From a virus: a stretch of 64,000 bases of DNA. Shown piece after piece: positions 1 through 9,398 of this stretch. Positions within the stretch are counted from its first letter, which is position 1. The number at the start of each line of letters is the position of its first letter. The stretch spans positions 32,001 through 96,000 of the IMG/VR virus record IMGVR_UViG_3300050144_000109, one strand, 5' to 3'. Both the position numbers and the translations under genes were made by a program. Under the pieces are notes generated by a model that was not told where the DNA came from, ran no database searches, and was given only the letters and a program-made list of their open reading frames with translations.

Positions 1-949
1 TAGCTAGGCCAAAAGAAAGCACAGTCATGATCGCCGCAATGAAACCAACGTATATAGATACCGCCCACATTTCGGCTGTTAAACTTGGCGATGGTAACCG
101 GTGATATTTATCGAGGCCGGTGACAAGCGCCTTCGTGGCGCCCTGCCTCGCTGCAAATTGGTCTGCTAGATATTCATTACTATTCACGTCATAAATACTG
201 TACCCTAGTTCACTCATACTTTTTTCAATTGAATCATCCAGAACAATGACGCTAATTTGTTCCTCAGTCTTGGCTTCCTTTAACGCCTTTGTTCTTTCTT
301 TATTCAAATCCATCTGTTTCGCTACCTTGTCAAAAATAACATACCTCTTATCTTCACCCACACTTTTATCCAAGGCTCTGGTCAAACCAGCAATGACTTG
401 ATTTGTAGAGATACTTCTCGTACAAAACTCCATGGTAGTAAACGCATGTCCTGTCTCATGAAGAAGCATTGCAGCTACTTCATCCGGATTAAAATTAGTG
501 TAATTGTTTTTTCCACAAAACATGTCTTTTGGAACCAACATGTGCAATGGTATTTGTGCAAATACTCCATATACTTTCCCTTCTTTTAAATCAACATGCC
601 CCTGAATCAACTTCAATTTCATAATCTTTAAGATGTTGTTGATATCTGCAGAGTCATCATGTCCTGCTAATTCTTTATATTCAGCAATAGCTTGCCTATC
701 AAAAAGAATATGATTTCCTGTTAACTGTAAATTATAGATGGCGGGACCGCCCTCAGTGATTTCTACAGCCAGATTCGTATACCGTTTAATGATCTCAGTA
801 ATTCCCATCACTGAATCAGACTCAAAGAAGTTCTTCTCCACCAAAGCGCAATCTTTCTTGTTATCCCGCAACTCTTCAACGGCTTTTGTCAGCGCTTTGA
901 AGAACTCCCCATCTTGAAAGTCAATAGACTCCAGTGCCATAATGTTCAT
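1..949 (-). CDS. Virion (head) structural protein with HExxH motif, runs off the window edge
   Basis: Not in the ORF track. Read by hand from ATG 949: MNIMALESIDFQDGEFFK...AAMLLHETGHAFT. The N-terminal ALE resembles a phiKZ prohead-protease cleavage motif. Lies next to the gp82-like gene, as phiKZ virion genes do. Confidence 0.7.
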   Translation of the reverse strand, partial: MNIMALESIDFQDGEFFKALTKAVEELRDNKKDCALVEKNFFESDSVMGITEIIKRYTNLAVEITEGGPAIYNLQLTGNHILFDRQAIAEYKELAGHDDSADINNILKIMKLKLIQGHVDLKEGKVYGVFAQIPLHMLVPKDMFCGKNNYTNFNPDEVAAMLLHETGHAFTTMEFCTRSISTNQVIAGLTRALDKSVGEDKRYVIFDKVAKQMDLNKERTKALKEAKTEEQISVIVLDDSIEKSMSELGYSIYDVNSNEYLADQFAARQGATKALVTGLDKYHRLPSPSLTAEMWAVSIYVGFIAAIMTVLSFGLA

Positions 950-1065
950 GTCAAATCCAATCTATACAAAGAAAACAAAACAACCGATCATCACTTGATC
1001 ACCGCACACACGACGACAATTCAAACTATTTCTACCCTTTTAGTCTACAGGAATCCAGCACTATC

Positions 1066-2511
1066 ATGAGCAAAGCACCAGCCATTGTAGGGTATGAATG
1101 CAGGCATGCTACCTACTCCAGAAATAGAGAACACCAAGACATCCATTTCGTCAAAGAAGTCATTCATTACGATGACGGAACGACCAAACCGAACACACGC
1201 ATCATCAAGAACTTCAAACGCAGTGTTTACGTCACCAAGAAAGGCGCACAGAACCACAAGTCCAAAAAAGAGTGGGAAGACCTCGTCAATCTGAACGAGT
1301 TCAAGTGCACACAAGCCGAGATGCAGAGCACGGTGGCCCGTGCTCTGGGCACTCCTTGGTTCCGTGGCTCGATGAGGCAGCTCCAAGACTCTCCTTATGT
1401 CTACGGCACTGACATTGACTCTACCGCTCTGGTCAAGCAGAAGTACATTGAGAAGTACCCCACACTCAACACGCCGTATACCGTCGCTGTTTTTGACACA
1501 GAAACGGATGTAGTCTCTGGAGACAAGAACAAAGAAATCATCATGGCGACGGTCTCGTTCAAGGACAGGGTTTTCACCTGCGTCAACGAGAACTTCGTCA
1601 AGCGTTATCATGATCCAATCCAAAGAATCAAAGAACTGGCCAAGAAGTATATTGGTGATACCATAGACGCTAGAAAGATCAACTTAGAGATCAAGCTAGT
1701 GCCAAAAGAGATCGACATTGTCATTGCGTGCATGGAGAAAGCACACCAGTGGAAGCCAGACTTCTTGGCTGTTTGGAATGTTGATTTCGACATGACCAAA
1801 ATCCTGGCAGCGTGTGAGCGTGCAGGTGTTGATCCCAAAGACATTTTGAATGATCCTTCTGTCCCAGAAGAGTACAGGTATTTCAATTACAGAAGAGGTC
1901 CCGCTAAGAAGATTACTGCCTCAGGCGTAGTACAGGTCTTTAAACCAGCCCAGCGCTGGCACACAGTCGAGTCCCCAGCATCGTTCTACTGGATCGATGC
2001 CATGTGCGCGTACCGTCAGATCCGTCAGGGCTCCCAAGAAGAGCAAAGCTACGCACTGGACTACCTGCTCAATAAACACCTGAAGATCAGTAAGCTCAAG
2101 TTTACACAAGCAGATGCCTACAGGGGCTTGCAATGGCACCAGTTCATGCAAGCAGAGTACCCACTTGAGTACACAGTTTACAACGTATTTGACTGCGTAT
2201 CAATGGAGCTTCTAGAAGAGAAGACGACTGATCTGTCCATCTCTCTTCCAATGTATTCTGGATGCTCAGACTTCTCTAGGTTCAACTCACAGCCAAGAAG
2301 AACTGTAGATGACTTGCATAACTTCTGCTTAGAGAACGGTAAAGTTATTGCGAGCACCAGCTCCAAGATGAAAGACGATTCGGATGATTTGACTGCTGAG
2401 CTTTCAGACTGGATTGTTATGTTGCCAAGTAACTTGGTGACAGACTCAGGGCTTAAGATCGTAGATGAGAACCCTCATCTCCCAACTGCGATCAGAGCTC
2501 ATACTAGCGAT
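1066..2511 (+). CDS. Split family-B DNA polymerase, exonuclease plus motif A subunit (phiKZ gp82-like), exon 1
   Basis: ExoI AVFDTETD, ExoII WNVDFD, ExoIII YNVFD. Reading ends ...AHTSD at a group I intron 5' splice site. Confidence 0.88.
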
Positions 2512-2874
2512 TAAAAGAAGGTCGCCTGATGCTGTAAAGTATCAGTAAAACATCATTGAACTGACTGGGACCCCCTAAAGAGACTAATCTACCAAGCTGG
2601 TCATCGAAAGAGACCAGTGGCTGAACTAATCACTCAGGTACGGTAAAAAAGATTGGTATTGGGCAATCAGCATCCAAGCTCCTAACGATTCCACAAGAGT
2701 CCATGGAGAAGGTCCAGAGACTAGAGCGAATGCTCGTAGGGCCAAGCGGCTCGAAGTAGTGATCCCCTTTCAAACAGGGTGAAGATATAGTCCGGTCTGC
2801 AATGAAAGTTGCAGCAGTATCAGCCAAAGGCACCTGATACGGGCAGAGTCTTGCGAACTCTGTTGAACAAAACG
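2512..2874 (+). mobile_element. Group I intron (363 nt, no ORF) in DNA polymerase gene
   Basis: Exon ends in U; P1 gcgaU/Gtcgc with U.G pair. P-like aactgactggga, Q-like ggcaatcagcatc, R gtccagagacta, S aagatatagtcc, terminal G 2874. Splicing restores TSD|LDVSAAYP (pol B motif A) in frame. Confidence 0.93.
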
Positions 2875-3153
2875 CTCGATGTAAGCGCAGCATACCCCAC
2901 CACAGAAGTTACACACAACATCTCCAAAGAGACCACCAGAAAAGAAATTATTAAGATCGATGGATGTGAAGAGTTCATCAAGAGAATGAACACCATCAAC
3001 TTCTCAGCAGGTCACGTCAATGCAGTAGAGTTCTGCACTGATTTGTTTGGCATGCCTGAGTTGGATGAGATGCTGGACGCTTTCAACGAGTACAGAAACG
3101 CAAATAAACAAACCTTAGAGCACGCCGAATCAACACACCGTCTGGCAGCATAA
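2875..3153 (+). CDS. Split DNA polymerase gp82-like subunit, exon 2 (spliced product 574 aa)
   Basis: Begins LDVSAAYPTTEV (DxxSxYP-type motif A); 92 codons to the stop. Confidence 0.88.
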   Translation, partial: LDVSAAYPTTEVTHNISKETTRKEIIKIDGCEEFIKRMNTINFSAGHVNAVEFCTDLFGMPELDEMLDAFNEYRNANKQTLEHAESTHRLAA

Positions 3154-3155
3154 GT

Positions 3156-3203
3156 GACTTTACTGACGCACAGCCTCAAAAGGGCCAGTGCGCCAGTAAA
3201 GTC
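3156..3203. terminator. Long stem-loop between convergent genes
   Basis: gactttactgacgcac...gtgcgccagtaaagtc inverted repeat. Confidence 0.65.
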
Positions 3204-3209
3204 CTTGCA

Positions 3210-4022
3210 TCATTGCGTAGATTTTCTAGTTAAGTAAGCATTTGCTAAACGTGTAGCAAAGTTACCAGACTCACAAGAAGCACCATAGTACCTTCTAGAG
3301 AATCCAGTCCAGTCTTTTCTCACCAGTGCTTCATGCAGTGCATTGTTGGATTTGATGTAGTGACAAAGTGCTTTTAATTGTGCTTCTTCAGACAGACTAA
3401 TTGCCTCAAAGAAACTACAAGCATTAAGATGCCCACAGACCTTGTATTTAGAGCCAGGAAGGCTGAAAATCCCATACAGGCCACTCTCTATGGCTTCTTC
3501 ATCAAAGAACGCTCTAGCGTCGTTTAAACGCTGCAGCTCTCGAATCCCACCGATATAACCACCCGGACTACTGGAGCAAATGTCAGGACGTTTCATAGCA
3601 AGCTCGTTCGCCTCTCGTCGAGAAAGCTTACTCACAATGTTCCCGTAAAACAAATGCCTTTCAAACGTAGTAACAATCCCCCCTGTGTTATAAAATCCAA
3701 TCCCATCTGAGAAGACATCAATAACTGCCCAAAGCATCGGAGAGTCGATCAACAACACATTCGCCATCTTCTCCACAGACCGATTTGTTAGAAATCGATC
3801 CTCAATGTATTCACGCAAAGAGTCTTGACTGCTTTCACCGTAGACGACCCCCCAACGATCAGTCTCGGTGCAGCGATTAGAGAGTTGGTATTCCTGCAAC
3901 GCACTTTGAGTGATCTTATCGAAGTTACCGGATACTCGCAAATCCAATTTCTGAATTTCATTGAGCGCACGCTGGAGCCGTTTAATTTCTTCGCCACTGT
4001 GGTTGAGTGAATATGTAGTCAT
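3210..4022 (-). CDS. Endolysin-like protein: peptidoglycan-binding domain plus N-acetylmuramidase (DUF3380-like) domain
   Basis: N-terminal EIKRLQRALN..GNFDKITQSALQEYQ (PG-binding). FERHLFY, GGYIGGIRELQRL and WTGFSRRYYG match DUF3380 muramidase patterns. Start at MTTYSL assumed. Confidence 0.8.
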   Translation of the reverse strand: MTTYSLNHSGEEIKRLQRALNEIQKLDLRVSGNFDKITQSALQEYQLSNRCTETDRWGVVYGESSQDSLREYIEDRFLTNRSVEKMANVLLIDSPMLWAVIDVFSDGIGFYNTGGIVTTFERHLFYGNIVSKLSRREANELAMKRPDICSSSPGGYIGGIRELQRLNDARAFFDEEAIESGLYGIFSLPGSKYKVCGHLNACSFFEAISLSEEAQLKALCHYIKSNNALHEALVRKDWTGFSRRYYGASCESGNFATRLANAYLTRKSTQ

Positions 4023-4172
4023 TTTTAATCGAGTTAAAATAAAGGCTAAGTGTGACAACAAATGAGAAAAGGGTGGGCAAACAAAGAAAAAAGAAAGCTG
4101 TTTTCTCTGTAGCGTATAGTTATCTTACTACACCAAGCAGCAAGATAACTATACGATTAGAGAAGGCTTCGT

Positions 4173-4784
4173 TTAAAAGCCAGCTTTCTGCAAAGCCCTG
4201 AGGGCTTTGAAGCGAGCTCGTAATTGTGGGCTGAGAAGTGCTGCCCACTTGGAGATGAATACGAGGGACTTGTGGCCAAACTTACCGACCTTCGCACCCC
4301 TTTCCACTACCAGTTGTGCAACCTGCTTTTCGATGATCAGGTCAACGGTGAAACGGAGTGCATCCTCCATCACCTTTGCACCGCACTTGCGCGCAGCGTA
4401 GTCGTCCGCCTCAATTTCGAACTCGTCGATATTAAGCACGCCTGCCACGCCAGCGGCCTTTTCTGAGTACAGATGTCCGGCGCGCAGATGTCCAACTTCG
4501 TGTGCGACAACTGCATTCCTAAAAGCAATCGGCGTGTTATCCCAAAACTCTGGGGACAGCATCACCGCGTGTTTCTGAGGTTCAATTCCAGAAGCCTTGA
4601 AAGCGCTGATGACCGCATCACTGCTGGTGTCAAACTTTTGGCAGCAGGCCAACATGGTGTTCGCCATGGCTGACCCGTTTCCGATCACCACGAGGTAACC
4701 TTCTTCTGTCCATTCGAAACGTTCCGCCTTCTCGGCAGACGTTTCGAACAACTTGCCAAACATATTTTCGAAGTTGAATTCCAT
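4173..4784 (-). CDS. Putative zinc metallopeptidase (M48/zincin-like)
   Basis: AVVAHEVGH (HExxH) followed by EIEADDYA. AGGA RBS precedes MEFNFENMF, so the start is later than the track ORF. Confidence 0.65.
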   Translation of the reverse strand: MEFNFENMFGKLFETSAEKAERFEWTEEGYLVVIGNGSAMANTMLACCQKFDTSSDAVISAFKASGIEPQKHAVMLSPEFWDNTPIAFRNAVVAHEVGHLRAGHLYSEKAAGVAGVLNIDEFEIEADDYAARKCGAKVMEDALRFTVDLIIEKQVAQLVVERGAKVGKFGHKSLVFISKWAALLSPQLRARFKALRALQKAGF

Positions 4785-4830
4785 TTTCATTTCCTTCTGC
4801 TCATTGCGAGCGTTGTTTAATTCAAAGTAC

Positions 4831-4871
4831 CGACGACTGCTCTCCCGAAGAAGAGCAGAGAGTCGAGACTC
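4831..4871 (-). repeat. 41-bp hairpin element, copy 1
   Basis: cgacgactgctctcccgaagaagagcagagagtcgagactc, identical to 19060-19100. Confidence 0.9.
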
Positions 4872-5205
4872 AGATAACTTCTGCGTACCAGAAGCCAAAG
4901 CGCTTGTGCATTTGCACAAGCGTGTTATTAGTGAGTTGGTTACCAGTGACAATGTTCAGCTTGGCAAAGCCCTCGGCTTGAAGTTCTGCTTCAATGGTGA
5001 AGGAGGTGAAATTCTCTTGTCCTTCATTTCGGTACTGGCCACGAAGCTGGTCATTTATTTTCTTGATCTCAGGGTTGTTGAACCAGAGATTGGTGTCGTT
5101 CAGTGTCTGCTCGACTCCAGCGACTGCCCTTTCAAGCAAAGCTTTAAAAGCGGTGGCCCAACTGATACCAGTCAGATTGCGGACCTTGGTATTGATTGCG
5201 TTCAT
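4870..5205 (-). CDS. Hypothetical protein (accessory cassette)
   Basis: 111-aa ORF with aagga RBS, downstream of the promoter motif at 5286-5315. Confidence 0.65.
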   Translation of the reverse strand: MNAINTKVRNLTGISWATAFKALLERAVAGVEQTLNDTNLWFNNPEIKKINDQLRGQYRNEGQENFTSFTIEAELQAEGFAKLNIVTGNQLTNNTLVQMHKRFGFWYAEVI

Positions 5206-5285
5206 GGTACTTGTTTCCTTTGCCTAACTAGGCATGATGGTTGAAAAAGCTTTGGACATTGAGAATTCAATGTCCTATTCATCTT

Positions 5286-5315
5286 TACTATATGTGACTG
5301 TAGGAATCTGGAATG
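5286..5315 (-). promoter_or_regulatory. Putative early promoter motif
   Basis: Minus strand cattccagattcctacagtcacatatagta; member of the repeated motif family. Confidence 0.6.
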
Positions 5316-5324
5316 TGATTTGAC

Positions 5325-5663
5325 TCAACAGTATCTCTGTCCAGACAGAGACCAGTACAGATTATCAATACTCAAGTTGCTAGTATTTTTGTCTTTGAAT
5401 TGCATATTCAAACAGCCTAAAGAAACATTTGCGTACTCTTCTGGAATCGGAATGAACACCAAGCCCAGTGCTCTACTTTTCATGATCTCCTTGAGCGCAC
5501 GTGGTCTACCAGTCCTTAATGAGACTCTATGGTAAACCCGACCAGTTTCTTTATCTACAGAACTACTTCCATTTAAAATATTCCCCGTATACTTATTCAT
5601 GAATACACCACACCTGTTCACAACCAACCCATCCATTCCAGGAACGTCTATAAAACAATCCAC
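5325..5663 (-). CDS. Degenerate HNH homing-endonuclease-like protein
   Basis: NMQFKDKNTSNLSIDNLYW aligns by eye to the HNH_3 pattern VNHKDGNKxNNxxxNLEW; the catalytic His position is Phe. Confidence 0.55.
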   Translation of the reverse strand: MDCFIDVPGMDGLVVNRCGVFMNKYTGNILNGSSSVDKETGRVYHRVSLRTGRPRALKEIMKSRALGLVFIPIPEEYANVSLGCLNMQFKDKNTSNLSIDNLYWSLSGQRYC

Positions 5664-5790
5664 AAGTCAATCCTTACATAAACAAAAGAAAACTAAATCC
5701 ACTTTATTTACGTCAGAAATAAACTACTACTTTACCAATGAGGTTAATCCCCATGGTAAAGTAGTAGTCATGTTCTTTAAATCAATTCTC

Positions 5791-6492
5791 TTACACTTGG
5801 TAGTACGTCAGGATGCGCTGCTTACCAGCGTCAGTCAGGCCGTACTGCAGGCTCTTGGTAAAGGAGATGATTTTGCTTGCATCAGACCGGCGATTGACCG
5901 GAGCAGTTTCCTTGAACAGATTCATCAGACGTCGAAATGCTTGCTGGTCCGCAGGCGACATCGTGACGTTCTCAAAGAAGCGGAACAAATACTTGTCATT
6001 GAAGGCACCTTGCACACCAACGTTCTCGTCGATGGTCTTGAGCAGCGCACTGAATACGATAGTGAAGGCGTTGCCAGAGTTCTCGATGATGTTCTTCAAA
6101 CCGCGCAGCAGATCGGCTTGGCGACGAACACCTTCAGCCACACTGATGGTGCGTCCCGGCTTCATGTGTTCGATGTATTCGAACACCTGCATCAGACCCA
6201 CCATGGCGGCAGGGCCATGCGTCGTTTCAATCTTGTTCAGCACATCAGCAAGCGCAGTACTGACATTGATGCTGTAGACCCGCGAGCCTTTTTGCAGAAC
6301 AACTGGTTCTTCGACCACAGGAACTTCTTGAACTTCAACTTCTGTCACAGTCAGTGATTCCGTAGAAGCCTGCTCTTCAACAGCAGCGTCCAGCTTTGTT
6401 TCTTCAATGGCGCTTTGTTCTGCAACAGCGGTAGTGTCGGTCATGGTGCGGGGCTTTCTGATAGAAATGTTGATGCGGTTGGATTTGGACAT
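5791..6492 (-). CDS. Hypothetical protein (acidic N-terminus)
   Basis: 233-aa ORF with biased codon usage, downstream of the vRNAP gp80-like gene. Confidence 0.7.
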   Translation of the reverse strand: MSKSNRINISIRKPRTMTDTTAVAEQSAIEETKLDAAVEEQASTESLTVTEVEVQEVPVVEEPVVLQKGSRVYSINVSTALADVLNKIETTHGPAAMVGLMQVFEYIEHMKPGRTISVAEGVRRQADLLRGLKNIIENSGNAFTIVFSALLKTIDENVGVQGAFNDKYLFRFFENVTMSPADQQAFRRLMNLFKETAPVNRRSDASKIISFTKSLQYGLTDAGKQRILTYYQV

Positions 6493-6553
6493 GAGATACC
6501 TAGTTTCAAAAAAGAGTGAAGTTACGCTCTAAAGGATGTGGTGTGTGGATCAG

Positions 6554-7849
6554 TTAAAACAAAGTGTCTTCAATTTTAAACTTGACAATGCTGAGTGCTT
6601 TACCGTGGTTGGCACTCATGGAGATCATCATGAAGGTAGAACCATACGCACTAACAGCCGTACTCAAAGCAAAGGGAGTTGCTGCTAACCGGTCACCCAC
6701 ACAAGTCTTGCAGAAGTCTGTCTTGTCCAAGCTACAGTACATGGGGCTGCGCACAGTGACTCGCTGACCAATCTTGGTTTTAGCTTGTTCATCACTTTCA
6801 ATCTTCTCCAAACCCTTACCCAATACCAAACTAAATCCAGTCAAGCGTTTGTAGTTTCCTTCTGTGATGAGCTTTTTCACACCCAAGGTACTGCCGCAAT
6901 CGTCCACAGTGACAGCCATGTTCGCAGAAGCCCGCTGAGCCCACTTCACTTCCACACCACCCAACATGGTCTCTGCACCCCGTGCAAAGGAGCCCATGCG
7001 CAGCGTGTTGTTGATAGCAGGAAATGCATTCACATCCCAGCCTTCTTCCAGAGAATTCTTAATCAGCGTCATCTTGGTGGTGTTGCCATCAGGCCCCACT
7101 TCACCGCCATGCATCAAGAACTTCTTCTTGCGCACAATGTTGACAGACTTCCCACTGAGCAAGAAGTTATTCCCAGGATCCCCTTCTCGCCACTGCTTGT
7201 CAAACTCCACCAGCTTGGCATCCATCTCAGCAATGGCCACAGCATCCCCAAGACGGCCAGCATATTCCTCAAACAACTTGTCTTTGAATTCCTTCAGACC
7301 GTCTGGAGGAAGCATGTTCTTCTCCGTATTGCACCAGACACACATCTGCGTGAACCCAGTCAATGCAAAGCAACTCTCGGCAAACTTCAAATACTCACTG
7401 ACGTAAATCTTCTTGTCACTGCGTTGGCTGTCTTGTTCAGGGTCGTCTTCAAATCGCTTAAGGATTTCCCCTTCAATCTGACTGATCTTGATGGTACCAT
7501 TCATGAAACCAATCTTGACTCCGAATGGCTCTACCAGCAATAAGTAATTGGCAATCACATTACCGTAAGTCGTCTCAACACCTTCTGGAGCATTTGGAAT
7601 ATCACCCGCAACCAAACTGATCTTTTCTTTGAAAGAAAGAATCGGCGCACCGACAACGGCGTCATCGATCTTGATAGATTCTCCAGACTCGTCTTTGAAG
7701 AAATGCCCAGCCGGTGTTGAAGTCACGCAGTACGCATAGACGGTGTCCTTAGGCTCGTCTTTGTTCAAACAAAACGCACTGAGTAGCCAGTCCAGGTACT
7801 TGTAGTTCCCAGCCTTCATGGCCTTGACAAAGAAATCACGCTTGTTCAC
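6554..7849 (-). CDS. rpoC: Virion RNA polymerase beta' subunit part (phiKZ gp80-like)
   Basis: DDCGS and VRSPMYC...FCKTCVG (beta' C-terminal zinc site); 431 aa; synteny. Confidence 0.85.
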   Translation of the reverse strand: MNKRDFFVKAMKAGNYKYLDWLLSAFCLNKDEPKDTVYAYCVTSTPAGHFFKDESGESIKIDDAVVGAPILSFKEKISLVAGDIPNAPEGVETTYGNVIANYLLLVEPFGVKIGFMNGTIKISQIEGEILKRFEDDPEQDSQRSDKKIYVSEYLKFAESCFALTGFTQMCVWCNTEKNMLPPDGLKEFKDKLFEEYAGRLGDAVAIAEMDAKLVEFDKQWREGDPGNNFLLSGKSVNIVRKKKFLMHGGEVGPDGNTTKMTLIKNSLEEGWDVNAFPAINNTLRMGSFARGAETMLGGVEVKWAQRASANMAVTVDDCGSTLGVKKLITEGNYKRLTGFSLVLGKGLEKIESDEQAKTKIGQRVTVRSPMYCSLDKTDFCKTCVGDRLAATPFALSTAVSAYGSTFMMISMSANHGKALSIVKFKIEDTLF

Positions 7850-8691
7850 TTGACGTACTCCATCAGCAGCTTACCAATCTCAATGTCTACCTTGGTCGAA
7901 CTCCCAATGTCAGGATAAATCCCAGAGAGCTCCCCGCGGATAATGACCAAGTGGTTATTGAAGCCGTCACAAGACAGACACGCCATGCCAAACAAATCCA
8001 CCGCCACTTGACGATATGTTTCAGGCGTATGTTCTTTCAAATGAACGCCACTCTTGGAATAGATATTCAAGTAGCTCTTGAAATCCAAACCAATTGTAGA
8101 ATTCTGAGATAAAAACCTGTCTGAATAAAGCGACTCCTCTTTCATAATCGCTTTGAATTTCTTATAACTGATGACAATTTTATCCAAGAGCTCAGACGCT
8201 TCCAGGTTGACTTCCGGCTCCTGCATGGCATCCTTCATCATGGCAGTGAAATTAGGAGTGATTGCATCCACCAGATCTAAGACCTTTTCAATTGGAAACC
8301 CACTCACGAAGTTCACCAGTTCTGCATAGATTTCTTCTACTGATTCATCGGTTTCTAAGAACCTATTGATCGTTTGCTTGTCCTCATGTTTGACCATGTC
8401 TGAAGTCGCTGTCGTCAGCGCAATCAAGTCAGAAATCTCAGCTTGTTCGCCTACTACAATACCCTGCACATTCAGCAGCATGCTCAGCATTGTTTTTGTA
8501 TCATCCAACAATAGAAATACCAAGTCGTTTGGATTTGTTTCTTGATTGGTGTCCATGGTTCTGGCATACACATCCATGTATCCCGGAACGTTGTAAAGAT
8601 CAAACACCAAGACGGCATTTTGAACTAGTTCAGCAGTCTCATCACTGCGGGTCAAGCATAAGAAATTCTTCAACTCAGCAAAGCTCAGCAT
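7846..8691 (-). CDS. Conserved phiKZ-like protein (gp79-like, probably virion)
   Basis: 281-aa ORF overlapping the start of the gp80-like gene by 4 bp. Confidence 0.65.
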   Translation of the reverse strand: MLSFAELKNFLCLTRSDETAELVQNAVLVFDLYNVPGYMDVYARTMDTNQETNPNDLVFLLLDDTKTMLSMLLNVQGIVVGEQAEISDLIALTTATSDMVKHEDKQTINRFLETDESVEEIYAELVNFVSGFPIEKVLDLVDAITPNFTAMMKDAMQEPEVNLEASELLDKIVISYKKFKAIMKEESLYSDRFLSQNSTIGLDFKSYLNIYSKSGVHLKEHTPETYRQVAVDLFGMACLSCDGFNNHLVIIRGELSGIYPDIGSSTKVDIEIGKLLMEYVK

Positions 8692-8870
8692 ATTGCCACC
8701 TATTCTTTCAAGAAGTAAATTTTAATTGCTTGGACAATCATGTGTGCATTTCAGCGCGTAGTAAATACTTTCAACTACACGCTGCTTCGCTTATGATGCA
8801 ATCAAAAGATGAATTGTGTTAAATCCCATCTTTCCAACCATTGATCCATTTCCTAGGAGAATATTTCACT

Positions 8871-9392
8871 ATGTCTACCAAGATGCACCAGCGTGTCAAA
8901 GACCGTCAAAATGCCAAGACCAGTGCAGGACGAAACAATCTGTGGGACAGTGCAGAGAGCCATTATGTCAATTCAATCTTTGCGATTGATCAAGCGCAAG
9001 GGTTGGTTGCTCAAGTCCTAGAAGACATTGTTTCAGATCCTGAAAAGTTCAAGCTCATCAAGGACCCGGTCACCCTGAACGAAAATGTGATTCTGTTGAA
9101 CAAGGACATTCAACAGCATGCCGACTTGTTGGCCAACATCCATCAAAAACACGATGGCAAGACTGGTCCCGCTATCACGCAAGATGATTACATGTCTGTT
9201 CTTCAAGTCAACTGCGACTACGCAGAAGCCCTGGAAGTCTTTGATGCCAACATCAGGCCAACAGTGAATCACATTCTGGAGCTCATTGGTGTCTCAGAAG
9301 AGATTGTCAAGGTGAACACACCGCAAGCACTGGCTGAACAAGAACTCATCGACCCGACCGTTGTGTCTGACATCTCTTTCAAAGAAGCTTGA
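8871..9392 (+). CDS. Hypothetical protein
   Basis: aggaga RBS before MSTKMHQ; first gene of a plus-strand operon. Confidence 0.7.
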   Translation: MSTKMHQRVKDRQNAKTSAGRNNLWDSAESHYVNSIFAIDQAQGLVAQVLEDIVSDPEKFKLIKDPVTLNENVILLNKDIQQHADLLANIHQKHDGKTGPAITQDDYMSVLQVNCDYAEALEVFDANIRPTVNHILELIGVSEEIVKVNTPQALAEQELIDPTVVSDISFKEA

Positions 9393-9398
9393 ACTACC

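Noticed and set aside
2809-2874. 5' part of the track ORF 2809-3153 as an independent gene
   Set aside because: Its first 22 codons are intron sequence; the remainder is exon 2 of the polymerase gene.
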